A stretch of 64,000 nucleotides of DNA from Polyangiaceae bacterium. Lineage in GTDB: Bacteria; Myxococcota_A; Polyangia; Polyangiales; Polyangiaceae. Numbering within the stretch: the stretch's first letter is position 1; every line of letters begins with the position of its first letter. Below are positions 1 through 8,610 of the stretch, one piece after another. Position numbers and translations under genes: made by a program. The notes beneath the pieces are model-generated. The model was not told the origin of the DNA. It made no database searches and saw only the letters and a list, made by a program, of their open reading frames with translations. Location: the NCBI GenBank assembly GCA_965222375.1, contig CBDCTZ010000013.1, positions 672,001-736,000 of the forward strand, given 5' to 3'.

Positions 1-597
1 GGCATAGACCGGAGCAACGCCGGCACACTCGTCGTAGGGAGGCTCCGACGCCGCGCAGGGATACTCGTGCCAGCTCACGCCATCTTCGCTCACCGCAACG
101 CTTGCCAGCTCTGCGAAACTCTTCGACTCGTCGCCCCCGATGTAAAATGCGTTTTCGAACACGACGAAGTCCGCGCCCGGGCCATCCACGATGGCGTTGT
201 GGGCAAACGCCAGGACCACGCTGCCGCCGTTGCCCAGCGACGTGACGTCCAGACCGCCAGCGCAGCAGCCCCCACCCTTGGGCGGTCCGAGTATCGCTTT
301 GGGGAAATCGAGCTGCCCCACACTCTGACCTGGACCAAAGGCATGGCTGGTAGAGTGGCTCACGAAGTGCGCGCTGCTGGAGTTGCAAACGATGGGACCC
401 GGGTCGTAAGCCTCTGCGGCATCCGGGACCCCGCCATCCTGCGGGATCGCGGCGTCAACGCCCCCAGCGCCAGCATTGCCCGCGGCCCCTCCATCGGGAC
501 CAGCCCCCCCGGCCCCGGGCGCGCCCGACGGGTCACTGCCACAGCTCAAGGCGAACCCGCACAGCAGGCTCGCCAACATTGTCGTCTTCGGTTTCAT
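1..597 (-). CDS. Cell-surface lipoprotein under cobalamin riboswitch control (3' end runs off the window)
   Basis: Not in the ORF track because its stop lies outside the window. Manual translation from ATG 597 (RBS GAGGAG): MKPKTTMLASLLCGFALS-C lipobox, Gly/Ala linker, then SLGNGGSVVLAFAHNAIVDGPGADFVVFENAF...AELASVAVSEDGVSW. Confidence 0.85.
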   Translation of the reverse strand, partial: MKPKTTMLASLLCGFALSCGSDPSGAPGAGGAGPDGGAAGNAGAGGVDAAIPQDGGVPDAAEAYDPGPIVCNSSSAHFVSHSTSHAFGPGQSVGQLDFPKAILGPPKGGGCCAGGLDVTSLGNGGSVVLAFAHNAIVDGPGADFVVFENAFYIGGDESKSFAELASVAVSEDGVSWHEYPCAASEPPYDECAGVAPVYA

Positions 598-667
598 CAG
601 GACTCCTCGGGCGAGGCACGCGCCCAGGTTGCAGGCCGCCCGAACCTTTTCGGCTCGGGCGTCGTTG

Positions 668-815
668 AGGGGGTCTTCTGACTTCCCGCGCGTTCTGATC
701 GCCTTCCCAGCCTCTGCGGCCAGTGGCTCCGTGATCAGAGCGTTGAATTCGGGTTACAGCGGCGGCTCCGTGCCGGACTTGCACCGGCTTCCCCGCACAA
801 GGTGCGCCTGCACCC
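668..815 (-). promoter_or_regulatory. Cobalamin riboswitch
   Basis: Minus strand has GGGGAAGCCGGTGCAAGTCCGGCACGGAGCCGCCGCTGTAA...GCCACTG...GGGAAGG...GGAAGTCAGAAGAC, the conserved blocks in the expected order, about 70 nt upstream of an ATG. Boundaries approximate. Confidence 0.93.
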
Positions 816-909
816 TGCCCCCAGCGAAGTGGGGCTCAAACGACACCCTTCAGGTACCACGCCGAGGCCCTGAGGCCAATCCGAGATTTTCGCGCTTCTC
901 GCGGCGAGT

Positions 910-1344
910 TCACTCGTCGAAGGAGAAGCTGACAGCCTTGTCCTTCTCGAAACCGAGGGAATTGTAGAAATTGAGCACGCCGGTATCCGCCTTGACCAGC
1001 GGTTTGACCTTCACTCGGCTCGGCACTTTGCCCATTGACTCCCGCAGGGCCGTGACGAGCTTCTTCGCTATGCCTTGGTGCCGGTTGTTGGGGTGTACGA
1101 CAAGTTCCTGAATGAACAGCACGAGACCTTGCTCGCGTTCGAAGGAATAGCCGAGAACCGCTCCGGTCAGCCCCTCCGCACCTGCCGCAACGAAGCAACT
1201 GGTGGGCTCGAAACCGTAGAACTTCTCGATGTACGCGCGGGCCCCCTCGCGCGTCCATTCAACGCCATATCCGTCGAGGTAGAGCTGGGCAACACCGTCC
1301 AGATCGCCATCCTGCATACGCCGAATCTCCATGTCTGCGTCCAT
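910..1344 (-). CDS. GNAT-family N-acetyltransferase
   Basis: LVVHPNNRHQGIAKKL (acetyl-CoA motif A) and LNFYNSLGF. Start at 1344 or 1332. Confidence 0.85.
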   Translation of the reverse strand: MDADMEIRRMQDGDLDGVAQLYLDGYGVEWTREGARAYIEKFYGFEPTSCFVAAGAEGLTGAVLGYSFEREQGLVLFIQELVVHPNNRHQGIAKKLVTALRESMGKVPSRVKVKPLVKADTGVLNFYNSLGFEKDKAVSFSFDE

Positions 1345-1387
1345 ACCACGTTCCGGAGAAATGGGGCTGCCGCGACGAGGGGCGTTC

Positions 1388-1735
1388 TCAGGGGAACGGG
1401 GGCCAGCCCAGGGCCTTGCCGCCGAGCACGTGGAGGTGCACGTGAAAAACGCTCTGCCCACCGTCTGCCTTGCAGTTCATGACGGTCCGAAAACCCCGCT
1501 CGCCGAGCCCCTCTTGGGCGGCAACCTTGGACGCCACCCGAAACAGGTGCCCCATCTCGGCCTCGTCCGACTCCTGCACGTCGTCGACGGTGGAAATGTG
1601 ACGTCGCGGAATGACCAGGACGTGAGTCGGCGCCGCAGCATTGATGTCCCGGAAAGCGATCGCTCGATCGTCTTCGAATACGACATCGGCGGGGATCTTC
1701 TTTTCGACAATCTTGCAGAACAGGCAGTCGGACAT
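1388..1735 (-). CDS. hinT: Histidine triad (HIT) nucleotide-binding protein
   Basis: MSDCLFCKIV N-terminus and GQSVFHVHLHVLGG triad. Confidence 0.93.
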   Translation of the reverse strand: MSDCLFCKIVEKKIPADVVFEDDRAIAFRDINAAAPTHVLVIPRRHISTVDDVQESDEAEMGHLFRVASKVAAQEGLGERGFRTVMNCKADGGQSVFHVHLHVLGGKALGWPPFP

Positions 1736-1747
1736 GGCTCCATCCAA

Positions 1748-2197
1748 TCAGAACAGTCGTTTCGAATCGATCAGTATCGTGACCGGCCCATCGTTGGAAA
1801 GCTCGACCACCATATGCTCCCGGAAGCGCCCGGTTTCCACCGCGACCCCGCGCTCACGACAAGCGCCGCAAAAACGGTTGAACAGCAGTTTGGCCTGTTC
1901 AGGTTCCATGGCTCCTCCAAAACTCGGCCGGCGACCTTTGCGTACGTCGCCGAACAAGGTGAACTGGGAGACGGCCAGGAGCGCTCCACCGACGTCCTCC
2001 ACGCTGCGGTTCATTTTTCCAGCGTCGTCCTCGAATATCCGCAGGGTGCACACCTTGTCCGCGAGCGAGAGGGCGTCTTGGTCTTCGTCCTCACGGCCGA
2101 CACCAACCAATACGACCAGGCCGTGTCCAACGCGACCAACCGTCTGCGCGTCCACGCTCACCTGCCCACTCGTAACTCGCTGCACTACCGCCCGCAT
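1748..2197 (-). CDS. dtd: D-aminoacyl-tRNA deacylase
   Basis: [13 protein letters not shown] and NDGPVT motifs; 149 aa. Confidence 0.97.
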   Translation of the reverse strand: MRAVVQRVTSGQVSVDAQTVGRVGHGLVVLVGVGREDEDQDALSLADKVCTLRIFEDDAGKMNRSVEDVGGALLAVSQFTLFGDVRKGRRPSFGGAMEPEQAKLLFNRFCGACRERGVAVETGRFREHMVVELSNDGPVTILIDSKRLF

Positions 2198-2243
2198 CGT
2201 TTCCGGGCTCAGCTAGCAGGCGACGCGCGGGCTAGGCAAGCCC

Positions 2244-3110
2244 TCAGTGCTTCGCGAAGATCCAAGACGCCGCGCCGTAGCTGAGCTTCTGCCATTTGGC
2301 GTAGGATAAGACTGCTCGTTTACGGATCGCATCCCGCTTCTGACCGTCGCCCAACCCGCGCAAGACTGCCGCCAGTACGTAGCCTTCGGGTGCCATGAGG
2401 GCGCGGGTCATCACGACTGGCCTGGAACCCGCGCGCCGCAAACTGGGCGCAAAGTAGGGCTCCGAGTCGCACGCCAGGACGAAGGATGGAACCGCGTGGC
2501 CGGAACGACTCTTGGAAGCCGGCAGGGTTCGTCCGTCCATCAGGCGGTTGTGGCCGACGTAGCCGACGACATGCACCTTCGTCGGCGCGCCGACTCCCGG
2601 TATCTTCACCGTTTCGCCGTTGGCAGCGGCTCCATAGAAATCGTCTACCGCGTGATCAATGCTTTTTCCGTCCACCGCATCGAGCACGACAATCTGTCGC
2701 ACTCGCTTTCCCTTGCCGAGCCCCCACTTGTCGCCTGGAACCCAGCGCTCGTAGACGCGGCGCTGCATGATCGCGCCACCAGGCTTCTGCACTTCCAGCA
2801 GTGCGAACTGGCTTCGCTTGCGCTCCAGGAACCGCTGGGCGCCAAAAATCGCCCCCCAATACAGGTTGTATCGAAGGTTAGACGGACGACCCGCTAGCTC
2901 GCTCCCACAGTCCACCAGGGCGTTGTCGCATAGCGCCACGACGACACGCACGACGAAGGGCGCCCCGGCGCGTACGTCCGACTCGGCCTTAGGCCGCCAA
3001 GATGCCTGGGCAGCGGCGGTGGGCGGACTCTGGGCATGCGCCGGAGAGGCGGCGAGGATCGAGGCGATTGCCAGAAATATCGCTATCCCCCGGGTCCGCA
3101 AGCTCTTCAT
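2244..3110 (-). CDS. Secreted hypothetical protein
   Basis: Signal peptide ending AHA-Q; globular region with NLYWGA and GHNRLMD. Function unknown. Confidence 0.7.
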   Translation of the reverse strand: MKSLRTRGIAIFLAIASILAASPAHAQSPPTAAAQASWRPKAESDVRAGAPFVVRVVVALCDNALVDCGSELAGRPSNLRYNLYWGAIFGAQRFLERKRSQFALLEVQKPGGAIMQRRVYERWVPGDKWGLGKGKRVRQIVVLDAVDGKSIDHAVDDFYGAAANGETVKIPGVGAPTKVHVVGYVGHNRLMDGRTLPASKSRSGHAVPSFVLACDSEPYFAPSLRRAGSRPVVMTRALMAPEGYVLAAVLRGLGDGQKRDAIRKRAVLSYAKWQKLSYGAASWIFAKH

Positions 3111-3216
3111 GATCTGTACATCGCAGTCAGTCCAGATTGTGTGACAACCGACCCTCGGAGCTTCTTGGCCCAGGGCCAACGCCCGCGCCAGGCGTGGCTT
3201 CGGCTAGGCTCGGCGC

Positions 3217-4110
3217 ATGATGCGACTTCCCGCGCCGGAGCTGCCAACCTGGCTCGAACCCTTCTTGCCCTTCGAGCGCTACCGCATACCCATCGGCCCC
3301 TACGCCATGCACGTGATGGAGCAGGGCGAGGGTCGACCCGTACTGATGGTGCACGGCAACCCGACCTGGGGCTTCCTGTATCGACGTGTCGCGGCACAAC
3401 TCGATCCAGCGCGCTTCCGTGTAATGATGCCAGATCTGATCGGGCTCGGGCTCTCTGACAAGCCCCGAGACGCCGAGGAACACCAGCTGGATGCCCACGG
3501 CCGCTTTCTTGGCGCGTTGATCGACACCCTCGACCTCCGAGATGTGATCCTCGTCGTTCAAGACTGGGGCGGCGCCATCGGCCTTCGAGCGTTCCTGGAG
3601 CGAAGACAGCGTTTGAGCGGCCTTGTGCTGCTCAACACGGTTGTGGGCCCTCCCAAGCCGGGCTTTCGTCCCACGACCTTTCACCGCTTCGCGCGCATGC
3701 CATTGATCAGCGAGCTAGCTTTTCGCGGCCTGTCGTTCCCCCAAGGCTTCATCGCCGTTGCCCAAGGCGACCGCGCAAGTATCCGCGGGGACATCGCGCG
3801 GGCCTACCGATATCCGCTGCGTCGGTTTGCCGATCGCGTCGCGCCACTCGCGCTGGCTCGCATGGTGCCGGACTCCATGACCCACCCGTCCATTCCAGCG
3901 CTGAAACGAACACAGGAGTTCGTGACCAGCTGCGACATTCCCATGGCGATGGTTTGGGGTGATCGGGACCCGGTGCTCGGCAGGGTTCGCAGCCACTTGC
4001 AGCGTCTGCTCCCAAAAGCAGAAGTCACCGTGACCAATGCGGGCCACTTTCTTCAAGAAGAAGTACCGACGGAGATAGCCGCAGCCGTGCGAAGCGTGGC
4101 TGAGCGCTGA
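3217..4110 (+). CDS. Alpha/beta hydrolase, haloalkane dehalogenase-like
   Basis: HGNPTW, DLIGLGLSDKP, QDWGG nucleophile elbow, GHFLQEE. Confidence 0.9.
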   Translation: MMRLPAPELPTWLEPFLPFERYRIPIGPYAMHVMEQGEGRPVLMVHGNPTWGFLYRRVAAQLDPARFRVMMPDLIGLGLSDKPRDAEEHQLDAHGRFLGALIDTLDLRDVILVVQDWGGAIGLRAFLERRQRLSGLVLLNTVVGPPKPGFRPTTFHRFARMPLISELAFRGLSFPQGFIAVAQGDRASIRGDIARAYRYPLRRFADRVAPLALARMVPDSMTHPSIPALKRTQEFVTSCDIPMAMVWGDRDPVLGRVRSHLQRLLPKAEVTVTNAGHFLQEEVPTEIAAAVRSVAER

Positions 4111-4141
4111 CGAAGCGGCAAAAAAGCTCTATGGTCGAGGA

Positions 4142-6091
4142 ATGCAGTCGGGTGTGCCGAGCCGGCCAGGCTCAGCCTTCATGGGGCGGGTGCTCAAATC
4201 CGAGGTCCATACCGACGTCAGCTACCGCGTAGAACGGATTCTTGGACAGGGCGGCACCGCCGTCGCCTTCTTCGCGACGCGCCACTCCCCTGGGGGAGAG
4301 ACTCCAGTCGTGGTCAAGGTCATCTTGCCTAGGCTCGTCGTCGAGTCGGGAGATCAAGCCAATATCATCGTGAAAAAGGAAGCGGTCGCGCTGGGCCGCT
4401 TGAACGAACGTGTCCCACCCACACCCTTCGTCGTGAGACTTCTGGATACGGGCCACATCGCCTTCGACTACTTCGGGCGCACACTGTCACTACCTTGGAT
4501 CGCACTGGAGTACGTGCACGGGGGCGTCGAAGGTACGACGCTGGAATCGCGAGTGGCGCACTCGGTGCGCGCAACTCGTTCCGGCTTCGACCCCGAGCGC
4601 GCCGCGCGGCTTGTCGACAGCCTGGCCCGAGGATTGACCGAAATCCATGCGGTCGGCGTCGTACATCGGGATCTGACTCCCGGGAACGTGCTGTGCTGCG
4701 GCTCGGGTGAAACCGAGATGTTCAAGATCTCCGACTTTGGCATTGCCAAGCCGGCGGGCCTTTCCGCGACTTTCGGTGACGCTATCGTCGGCACGCCCGG
4801 CTACGTCGCGCCCGAGCAGATTGGGGGCAACGCGCCGGTCGGTCCAGAGAGCGACGTCTTCTCTTTTGCAACCATCGTGTACTTCGTGTTGACGGGGCAG
4901 CGCTACTTTGATGTGTCCTCCCCGACCCAGGCTCTGGTCGCCGCCGGTACGCCCGATCGGAGAGCTTTGGCGAGCAACGCGGGGCTCAGCCAGGAGCTTC
5001 GGGATCAAGAGGCCGCGTGTCAGGCCATCGACCTGGCCCTGGCCCGAGCCACGGCTCCGGATCCGAAGGATCGGCCACGTAGTGCACAGCTGTTCGCGCA
5101 GAGCTTGCTACCGTGGCTGCACGCGGATTCCGCATCCGCGCGCCCCACGCGCCGCTGGTTCGACAGCATTCAGATGCTTCGGCCCGACGACGCCCCCCGA
5201 CAGTTCGTAGTCCGCCACCCCCCAGGCCAAGACCGCTTGTTGCTCTCGGTGGGTTGGAACGCAAGCGGCCACTGTCTAGCAGCTTCCACTCGGGGATTGT
5301 CCTATTGGGACGGCGTGCGTTGGGCTGAAGTGAATGCCGAAGGCATCGATCCAAACACGCAATTTGCACGGCGGCTGACGTCCACCTCTTGGCTCATCGG
5401 CGGCCCCCGGGCGTCACTTGCGAAGTTCAGCAGCGGAGACGTCGCTCAGCGCTATCACCCGCGGGATGAGGACGTGACCTTCACGGATGTCGCCGGGGAT
5501 CCCGAGGAGGTCGCGGTGCTCATCGCCGAGCGGCCCGGCGGCCCGCCGGAGCTTCATGCGGCCGTCGCCAAGCGCTTTCTCAAGCCCAAGGTGGCTGACG
5601 GAGCAGTCGCACTTTCAGGGGTCACGCGCCTCGACGACGAGCAGTGGCTAGTTGTTGGCCGAGCAGAAGCGGGAGCTTATGCCGCAATCTTCCGGCCACT
5701 ACTCTGGGAACTGGAAAAACTCGAAGTCCCGTCCGGTCGCGCTCTTCTCGCTTGTGCCTCATCGACGGAGCATGGTTTCGCCATTGGCGTGGGTACCGGT
5801 GGGTCGTGCATCCAGCTGCGCAAGGACGGTAGACGCGCCACCACGATTGTCGGTGAACCCGACTTCGCGTCCGTTGCTGTCGATCCTTTCGGGCGGGCCT
5901 ACGCCGCGGGGGCAGGAGCAATCTGGGTACAGAAAAACCCCACTTCTTTCGCGCTACTCTGGCAGGAGAAAAGCTGGCAGGCGCCCTTCATCAGTGTTCT
6001 GGCGGATGTGGGCCTCGTCATTGGCGTGACCGTGGACGGGGGAATCGTCGAGTGTCGCAGTGCGGCCCTGGACGCAACGCGGCCAGCCTGA
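4142..6091 (+). CDS. Ser/Thr protein kinase with C-terminal beta-propeller-like region
   Basis: LGQGG, VVVK, HRDLTPGN, DFG, GTPGYVAPE; beta-rich C-terminus with no clear TM helix. Confidence 0.92.
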   Translation: MQSGVPSRPGSAFMGRVLKSEVHTDVSYRVERILGQGGTAVAFFATRHSPGGETPVVVKVILPRLVVESGDQANIIVKKEAVALGRLNERVPPTPFVVRLLDTGHIAFDYFGRTLSLPWIALEYVHGGVEGTTLESRVAHSVRATRSGFDPERAARLVDSLARGLTEIHAVGVVHRDLTPGNVLCCGSGETEMFKISDFGIAKPAGLSATFGDAIVGTPGYVAPEQIGGNAPVGPESDVFSFATIVYFVLTGQRYFDVSSPTQALVAAGTPDRRALASNAGLSQELRDQEAACQAIDLALARATAPDPKDRPRSAQLFAQSLLPWLHADSASARPTRRWFDSIQMLRPDDAPRQFVVRHPPGQDRLLLSVGWNASGHCLAASTRGLSYWDGVRWAEVNAEGIDPNTQFARRLTSTSWLIGGPRASLAKFSSGDVAQRYHPRDEDVTFTDVAGDPEEVAVLIAERPGGPPELHAAVAKRFLKPKVADGAVALSGVTRLDDEQWLVVGRAEAGAYAAIFRPLLWELEKLEVPSGRALLACASSTEHGFAIGVGTGGSCIQLRKDGRRATTIVGEPDFASVAVDPFGRAYAAGAGAIWVQKNPTSFALLWQEKSWQAPFISVLADVGLVIGVTVDGGIVECRSAALDATRPA

Positions 6092-6094
6092 GCC

Positions 6095-6634
6095 TCACAC
6101 GGGCCAGTGGTACAGCAAGCCGTACAGCGCAACACCACTGACGGATACGAACAGCCAGATGGGCAGCGTAACCTTGGCGATCTTGCGATGAGCCGCAAAA
6201 TTCCCTCGAAACGCGCGAAACAGAGTGAGGAGGGCCAGGGGGACGATCAGCGCAGCGAGGATGATGTGCGGGATCAGCAGCGCGAAGTACAGCACACGAA
6301 TCGGGCCAATACCCCGAAACGGTACTGAGCCGACTTGGGAGTGATGCAACAGATAGCTGACCAAGAACGCCGCAGAAAAGCCAAGAGCCACGAGCATGCA
6401 GGCCCGGTGTAGCCGGCGGCTGCCGCGACGGATCATGACGTAACCAGCGACGAGAAAGGTCCCCGCGCTGGCATTCAACACTGCGTTCAGAGTCGGCAAG
6501 ACGCCTGGTTCGCCCGCTGTCGTTCGCCCCGGCGATGCGTACACCACCGCAGCGATCAGCACGCACGCCATCGCGGACAGGCCGAGAATGATGTTCCTGG
6601 CTAGCGGCGACTCGGATGTTTGAGTCTCGGTCAC
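6095..6634 (-). CDS. DUF420-family membrane protein
   Basis: LPTLNAVLN, HRACM, FLVSYLLHH, HIILA, HRKIAK and PIWLFVSVSG pattern. Confidence 0.88.
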   Translation of the reverse strand: MTETQTSESPLARNIILGLSAMACVLIAAVVYASPGRTTAGEPGVLPTLNAVLNASAGTFLVAGYVMIRRGSRRLHRACMLVALGFSAAFLVSYLLHHSQVGSVPFRGIGPIRVLYFALLIPHIILAALIVPLALLTLFRAFRGNFAAHRKIAKVTLPIWLFVSVSGVALYGLLYHWPV

Positions 6635-6708
6635 CCGCGCGACCTACTGTTGGAGGCAGCAGGTCGCAATGGCGAAGGGCATGCCCGACGGCAGGCCCAG
6701 GCTTCAGA

Positions 6709-7941
6709 TCACTGCGGGATTGGCTGACAGCAGCCTGTCAGGCAGAACTTGCCGGCCGGGCAAGGCGGCTGACACGACAGGCCACACTTCTCGGCCCCCG
6801 CGGGGCAGATCTGACCTCCGCAAATGCCGCCGGTGCCACCGCTGCCACCGGTGCCAGCTGTACCGCCGGTCCCAGCACCACCCGTGCCGGCACCACCTGT
6901 CCCGGCACCGCCAGTCCCTGCGCCACCGGTTCCGCCACTTCCGCCCACTCCGCCGTCGGGCGGCGGGGGGAAACATTCCGGCGGAAGGGTGGTCTTGCCG
7001 AGGCAGAGTTCACACTTCTCGCAGGTGTTCAGGCATGCGTCGACTGGGGTGCAGGGGCGACATTTCGTCGGGTCGGTCTCTTTGCCCAACTCGCAGATGC
7101 CGTCGCCCGTTTTCGGGTCCGTCGAGCCCAGCCACACGTACTTCCCGGTCCCGATATTTGCGCCCACTTCGCAGCAGCCAAAACAGTCGCAGCCGTTGGG
7201 CGTGAGGGGTCCGCAGTATCCGCTGCAGATGGTGCTCTGCTTCGCTTTCAGCTGCGCACAAGTCTGGGTCGTGCCCGGCGTCTTTGCCTTGGGATCGTAC
7301 TCACAGAATGGCTTGCCACCCTTATCGAGTCCCTCCGGGGGGTAGTCGGGACCAATCGACTTGGGATCACACTCATGGCTCCAGTAGCAGTCGTCGTTGC
7401 CCGACCCGGTATCTTGGTCGAAGTAGCAATCCTGCTTGCATGGAGCCGCGTTCTGCCCGGGAATCGATCCGTAGAACGTGTCTTCGGCATTGTGACAAGG
7501 ACCCAGGCAATCAGGATCTGCAAGATCGGCCTTGCCGTCTCCGTCGTCGTCTAGACAGTTGCCGCACTTGTAGACCTTGCCCTGACACGTCAGAGGAATG
7601 CAGGTCCCACCGTCGGGCAAGATCACACCGCCGGTACCGCCCGTCGCAGCACCTCCTGTACCGACACCACCGGTGCCCGTACCTCCTGTGCCAACACCGC
7701 CCGTGCCCGTACCTCCAGTTCCGGTTCCGCCGGTGCCGGTAGCGCCGGTTCCCCCACCGCCGCTCAACCCCGCGCCGCCGTCAGCACCTGTTGCGCCCGT
7801 TCCTGCTCCTGCACCCGCGGCTCCCGCGGCTCCCGTGCCGGCGCCCCCACCGGTGCCATCATCGGACTCGCCCGAGTCTCCACATCCAAAAACGATCAAC
7901 ACTCCAAGCGCTAGCGATCCAAATAGGCGACGGATTTGCAT
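6709..7941 (-). CDS. Cys-rich lipoprotein with Gly/Thr repeat linkers
   Basis: Lipobox VFGC; GTGG repeats flank a Cys-rich core containing CLDDDGDGKADLADPDC. Confidence 0.85.
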   Translation of the reverse strand: MQIRRLFGSLALGVLIVFGCGDSGESDDGTGGGAGTGAAGAAGAGAGTGATGADGGAGLSGGGGTGATGTGGTGTGGTGTGGVGTGGTGTGGVGTGGAATGGTGGVILPDGGTCIPLTCQGKVYKCGNCLDDDGDGKADLADPDCLGPCHNAEDTFYGSIPGQNAAPCKQDCYFDQDTGSGNDDCYWSHECDPKSIGPDYPPEGLDKGGKPFCEYDPKAKTPGTTQTCAQLKAKQSTICSGYCGPLTPNGCDCFGCCEVGANIGTGKYVWLGSTDPKTGDGICELGKETDPTKCRPCTPVDACLNTCEKCELCLGKTTLPPECFPPPPDGGVGGSGGTGGAGTGGAGTGGAGTGGAGTGGTAGTGGSGGTGGICGGQICPAGAEKCGLSCQPPCPAGKFCLTGCCQPIPQ

Positions 7942-8079
7942 GGGGGTCCTCCAGAATCATCCATATTACCGTACTGCTGGCCGTTGGCAGCCTGCGCGCA
8001 AAAAAATCGAACCTGCTGGGGGGTAAGTGGCGAATTCCGTCGCAGGTTTTCACCATCCTCGTTCTAAGATGCAGTTCTT

Positions 8080-8610
8080 GTGACCCATTATCGTACGTTT
8101 CCCCACGTTGTGTCCCTCGTCGCGGGGCTCGCCGTCACCGCCTGCCCAGGCTCCCTGACCGATCCCGAGCGATTCACGGAAGGCGGCGCCAGCGCCAGTT
8201 GCCCGCCGGGCCAGGACCACATGACAGTGTTCGCCGACAGCTGTAGCTCCTCGCTCTGCCACGACGCCCCCACCACGAGTTCGCCACCCAAGGCCTCCGA
8301 CGACCCCGCGGCCGGGCTGGACCTGACGGCGAATGTGGAAAGCCAAGTGCTGGGCGTCACGAGCGCCAGCGGAGACGAGTGCGACGGCGAGCTCCTCGTC
8401 GATCCCAACGATCCCGAAGGCAGCCTGTTCTTGGAGAAACTCACCGCCAAGAACCCGCGCTGCGGCGACCGGATGCCCTTGGGTACGCCCTTGAAGGCCG
8501 CAGAAATCGACTGTGTGCGCAAGTGGCTGAATTCGATAGCCGGTGGCGCCGGCGGCAGTTCTGGGACAGGTGGAGGCGGCGGCGCCCCTAGCGACGGAGG
8601 CGGACAGTGA
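8080..8610 (+). CDS. Lipoprotein, probable c-type cytochrome with CX4CH motif
   Basis: Lipobox VTAC; CSSSLCH; later CGDRMP (candidate Met ligand) followed by a C-terminal helix containing Trp. Confidence 0.65.
   Translation: MTHYRTFPHVVSLVAGLAVTACPGSLTDPERFTEGGASASCPPGQDHMTVFADSCSSSLCHDAPTTSSPPKASDDPAAGLDLTANVESQVLGVTSASGDECDGELLVDPNDPEGSLFLEKLTAKNPRCGDRMPLGTPLKAAEIDCVRKWLNSIAGGAGGSSGTGGGGGAPSDGGGQ

Noticed and set aside
4142..6091. Pseudokinase call from HRDLTPGN (also HRDVTPHN in the 45919 kinase)
   Set aside because: The catalytic Asp, Asn, DFG and the VAVK-equivalent Lys are retained; this loop variant alone does not imply inactivity
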